A stretch of DNA of 64,000 nt. It comes from an uncultured Planctomycetota bacterium. Its GTDB lineage: Bacteria > Planctomycetota > UBA11346. This document shows positions 61,631 through 64,000 of the stretch, in pieces. A model generated the notes under the pieces. The model was not told the DNA's origin. It saw only the letters and a list, made by a program, of their open reading frames with translations, and did no database searches. Position 1 is the first letter of the stretch, and every line of letters begins with the position of its first letter. Position numbers and translations under genes: made by a program. Location of the stretch: positions 99,860 to 163,859 of the forward strand of contig CAWFSD010000003.1 of assembly GCA_963818245.1 (NCBI GenBank), in the 5' to 3' direction.

Positions 61631-62293
61631 TCAGTCGCCGCTGCCGAGGTAGATCTCGACGCGGCGGTTCTTGGCCTTGTCGGACGCGCCCGTACGCGGC
61701 GCGTACTCGCCGCGGAAGGCGCCGTGGATGCGGTGCGCTTCGAGGCCGGCGACCTGCAGGGCGCGCACCACCGCGGCGGCGCGGGCGCCGGACAGGCCCC
61801 AGTTGTCGGTGTACTTCTCCTTGGTCGAGGCGCGGCTGACGGGCGTGTCGTCGGTGTGGCCCTCGACGATGACCTTGGCGCTCTTGTACTCGCCCTCGTT
61901 CAGGCGGGCGGCGATCTTCTCGATCGACTTCTTGCCCTCGGGGCTGAGGTCGGCCGAACCCTTGGCGAAGGCGAAGTCCTCGTCCAGGGCGAGGCCGCCG
62001 CGCTCGGTGGCGGTGGTGCCGGGGATCTCGGGGCCGGCCATGATCTTGCCGAGCTGGGTCCCGACGCTGTCGGGCGCCGGCTTGGCGGCGAGCTGGGCGC
62101 GCGCGTTCGCGAGGTCGGTGCGCAGCCCGGCGTTCTCGGCGCGCAGCGCGGCGTTCTCGGTGGCCACGCGGTCGCGCTCGTTGGCGGATTCCTCGTCCAC
62201 GGCGTTGCTGCCGCCGCCGGTACGGGTGTGGCAGCCGGTGACCGCGAACGCGGCGATCAGGGGGATGAGCAGGACGCTGCGGGCGACGCGCAT
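61631..62293 (-). CDS. OmpA-family peptidoglycan-associated lipoprotein (Pal-like)
   Basis: Lipobox AVTGC. OmpA C-like domain VEGHTDDTP...NRRVEIYL. Confidence 0.85.
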   Translation of the reverse strand: MRVARSVLLIPLIAAFAVTGCHTRTGGGSNAVDEESANERDRVATENAALRAENAGLRTDLANARAQLAAKPAPDSVGTQLGKIMAGPEIPGTTATERGGLALDEDFAFAKGSADLSPEGKKSIEKIAARLNEGEYKSAKVIVEGHTDDTPVSRASTKEKYTDNWGLSGARAAAVVRALQVAGLEAHRIHGAFRGEYAPRTGASDKAKNRRVEIYLGSGD

Positions 62294-62449
62294 GGATGGA
62301 CTCCGGAGGTAGGGTGGGCCAGTCCGGCGCCATGCCGGCTCGCCGCGCGAGGAAGGATGGCGACCATAGGCGTCGCCGGGCCGGGGGTCAAGTGGGCCAG
62401 GAGCGTGCTGCTGCAGCGCTTGCGCGAGGACGAAGCGTCCCGCGGCGGC

Positions 62450-62911
62450 TTATTTGCCGCCGTTGTCCTTCCAGCCCAGGTCGACCTTCTGCTCGGTGAA
62501 GGTCTCGGGGCCGACCTGGTACTTCTCGCCTTCGACCACCGGGTAGGTGATGGCGCCGGCCTTGACCTGCTTGCCACCGGGCACGACCTCGGTGATCACG
62601 AAGCTCTTCAGGCGCTCGCCCTTGCCGGGCATGCCGTTCAGGTACTTCTGGAAGCGCCAGTCGGCCTGGGGATCGCGCTCCTTGCGGATGTCGATGTACT
62701 CGCCGCCATCGGTGTGGTGCTCCTTCCAGCGCTTCTCGTTCGGCTCGACGGTGAAGCCGGCCAGGGTCGAGGCCATGTTGGTCCAGGCGTTGTCGTCCAG
62801 GCCGCGGCGGGTGTTGCCGGCCGCGTCCTTCTCACCGACGCCATAGGGGCTCATGGCCAGGAAGTAGAAGGGCAGGATCAGGGCCAGGCCGATGATCAGG
62901 GTCAGGGTCAT
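62450..62911 (-). CDS. membrane-anchored protein: TM helix plus periplasmic domain. Probably the C-terminal part of the upstream HTH protein after a frame change.
   Basis: MTLTLIIGLALILPFYFLAM TM helix. The same frame continues upstream without a start. It overlaps ORF 62832..63491 by 80 nt. Confidence 0.45.
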   Translation of the reverse strand: MTLTLIIGLALILPFYFLAMSPYGVGEKDAAGNTRRGLDDNAWTNMASTLAGFTVEPNEKRWKEHHTDGGEYIDIRKERDPQADWRFQKYLNGMPGKGERLKSFVITEVVPGGKQVKAGAITYPVVEGEKYQVGPETFTEQKVDLGWKDNGGK

Positions 62912-63491
62912 CAGGGTCGGCCAGAATCCAGTGCACGCGCGGGATCTCGGCCTTGGCGCGGCTGCTGCGCACGCTGCGGCGCGACGAGCTGCCGACGTTG
63001 CTGTTGCTGCTGCCGGCCTCGATCTGCGAGGTCTGGAAGTCGATGGGCGCGGTGGTGGCGCCGACCTGGGTCTCCTCGACCGCGGTCATGACCGCGGTGT
63101 TGGAGTCGGTGAAGTTCAGGCTGGCCACGCCGGGCGAGGCCTTGGCCACGTCCTTGGCGTGCGGATCGTCGAAGCTCACCACTTCGAGCTCGTCGCCGAA
63201 GGTGATCGACTCGGACGCGTTGGTGTCCTTGCGCGGCTGGACGATGGTCTCGCTGGCGTCGTCCACGACCTTGCCGAGATCGATCGACAGCTCGTCGCTG
63301 TCGCCGGTCAGCACGATGGTGCCTTCGTCCCCTTCGGCGCGCGCGAGCTTCTCGACGTCGTCGCGGTTGAGCTGCAGCTTGCCGCCGACGCGCTGGGCGC
63401 GGATGGCGCCGCCGTTGATATGGTTGTTGAGCGCGGCGTCGTCGCAGCCCAGCAGGGCCTTTGCTTCCTTGGCGTCGATCATGTCAGCCAT
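62832..63491 (-). CDS. HTH_17 (excisionase-type helix-turn-helix) domain protein with an acidic/Ser-rich linker
   Basis: MIDAKEAKALLGCDDAALNNHINGGAIRAQRVGGKLQLNRDDVEKLA matches the HTH_17 pattern. GGAG 7 nt upstream. The C-terminus runs into the tandem repeat ccctgatgaccctgaccctgatcat. Confidence 0.5.
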   Translation of the reverse strand: MADMIDAKEAKALLGCDDAALNNHINGGAIRAQRVGGKLQLNRDDVEKLARAEGDEGTIVLTGDSDELSIDLGKVVDDASETIVQPRKDTNASESITFGDELEVVSFDDPHAKDVAKASPGVASLNFTDSNTAVMTAVEETQVGATTAPIDFQTSQIEAGSSNSNVGSSSRRSVRSSRAKAEIPRVHWILADPDDPDPDHRPGPDPALLLPGHEPLWRR

Positions 63492-63607
63492 GCGATCTCC
63501 AGTCTCGGGCGTGCGTACGGAACGGGACGGAGGTCCCGCGGGAAGGCAACCCTAGGTCGCGTCGCCCCAGGCGGCAAGGAGGTGGCCGGGGGTGTCCGCC
63601 CCCCGGC

Positions 63608-64000
63608 TCATACACCCGGGTGCCCGGCCCGCCTCCCCCCGTCGAGCAGGGCCACCTCCCCGGCCGTGAAGCCGGCCGCGGCGCGGCCGGCGTGGTCGAG
63701 GGGGGTCGGGCCGGGCACCTGGCCGGGGAAGAGGCGGGCGACCACCGCCGCGAAGTGGGCCTGCCCGTCCAGGCCCTGGGCCTGGCACCAGATGCGATGC
63801 CAGCGGGTGCCCAGGCCGACGTGGCCGATCTCGTCCTGGTAGATGACGCTCAGGACAGCGTGGGCTTCCGGGTCCAGGCTGATCAGCCTCGGCAACAGCT
63901 CGGCCGAGACGTCCAGACCGCGCGCCTCGAGGAAGCGCGGCACGGCGACGAGGTGCTCGCCGAGGTCGCTGCAGGCCAGGGCGGTCTCCCACAGGCGGTG
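63608..64000 (-). CDS. ferritin-like/DUF455-like protein, C-terminal part. The N-terminus lies beyond the window.
   Basis: The ORF is open to the window edge. LSVIYQDEIGHVGLGTRWHRIWC is an E..H di-iron-like motif. Confidence 0.45.
   Translation of the reverse strand, partial: HRLWETALACSDLGEHLVAVPRFLEARGLDVSAELLPRLISLDPEAHAVLSVIYQDEIGHVGLGTRWHRIWCQAQGLDGQAHFAAVVARLFPGQVPGPTPLDHAGRAAAGFTAGEVALLDGGRRAGHPGV

Overview
This is a 64-kb, roughly 70% GC, gene-dense bacterial chromosomal segment. The features look Myxococcota-like (many Ser/Thr kinases, ECF sigma/anti-sigma pairs, a histone H1-like protein), but taxonomy cannot be proven from sequence alone. I support about 57 protein-coding genes, mostly housekeeping or accessory metabolism and transport: PiT phosphate transporter, citramalate/2-isopropylmalate synthase family, purB, hemE-hemY, aroG, trpD-family, prlC, hrpB, ahpC, lpxL-family, two ABC-F ATPases, two DMT transporters, a Gfo/Idh/MocA oxidoreductase with a sugar-phosphate isomerase, and a Nudix hydrolase. 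There is also a 10-kb signalling block: a sigma factor, three Ser/Thr kinases and a paralogous lipoprotein. I recognise no rRNA, tRNA or CRISPR. Three things stand out. (1) The intergenic DNA is densely populated (at least 14 insertions in 64 kb) by several families of small inverted-arm elements. Their arms are tandem 7-8-bp repeat arrays, either (GACCCTA)n/(TAGGGTC)n, which is plant-telomere-like TCTAGGG, or (GCGAGGC)n/(GCCTCGC)n, or (CGCCAAGG)n, or they are 20-40-bp TIRs ending in CTCTGCGGCC. These arms flank short unique lower-GC cores. (2) At least nine conserved genes show apparent 1-bp frameshifts in G/C runs, so the assembly may carry indel errors or the genes are being pseudogenised. 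(3) Short low-GC islands (38.7-39.0 kb, 45.5-48.6 kb, 62.4-64 kb) carry secreted or membrane proteins and strong AT-rich palindromes. Coordinates of internal starts were derived from the ORF track by residue counting and may be off by a few bases.
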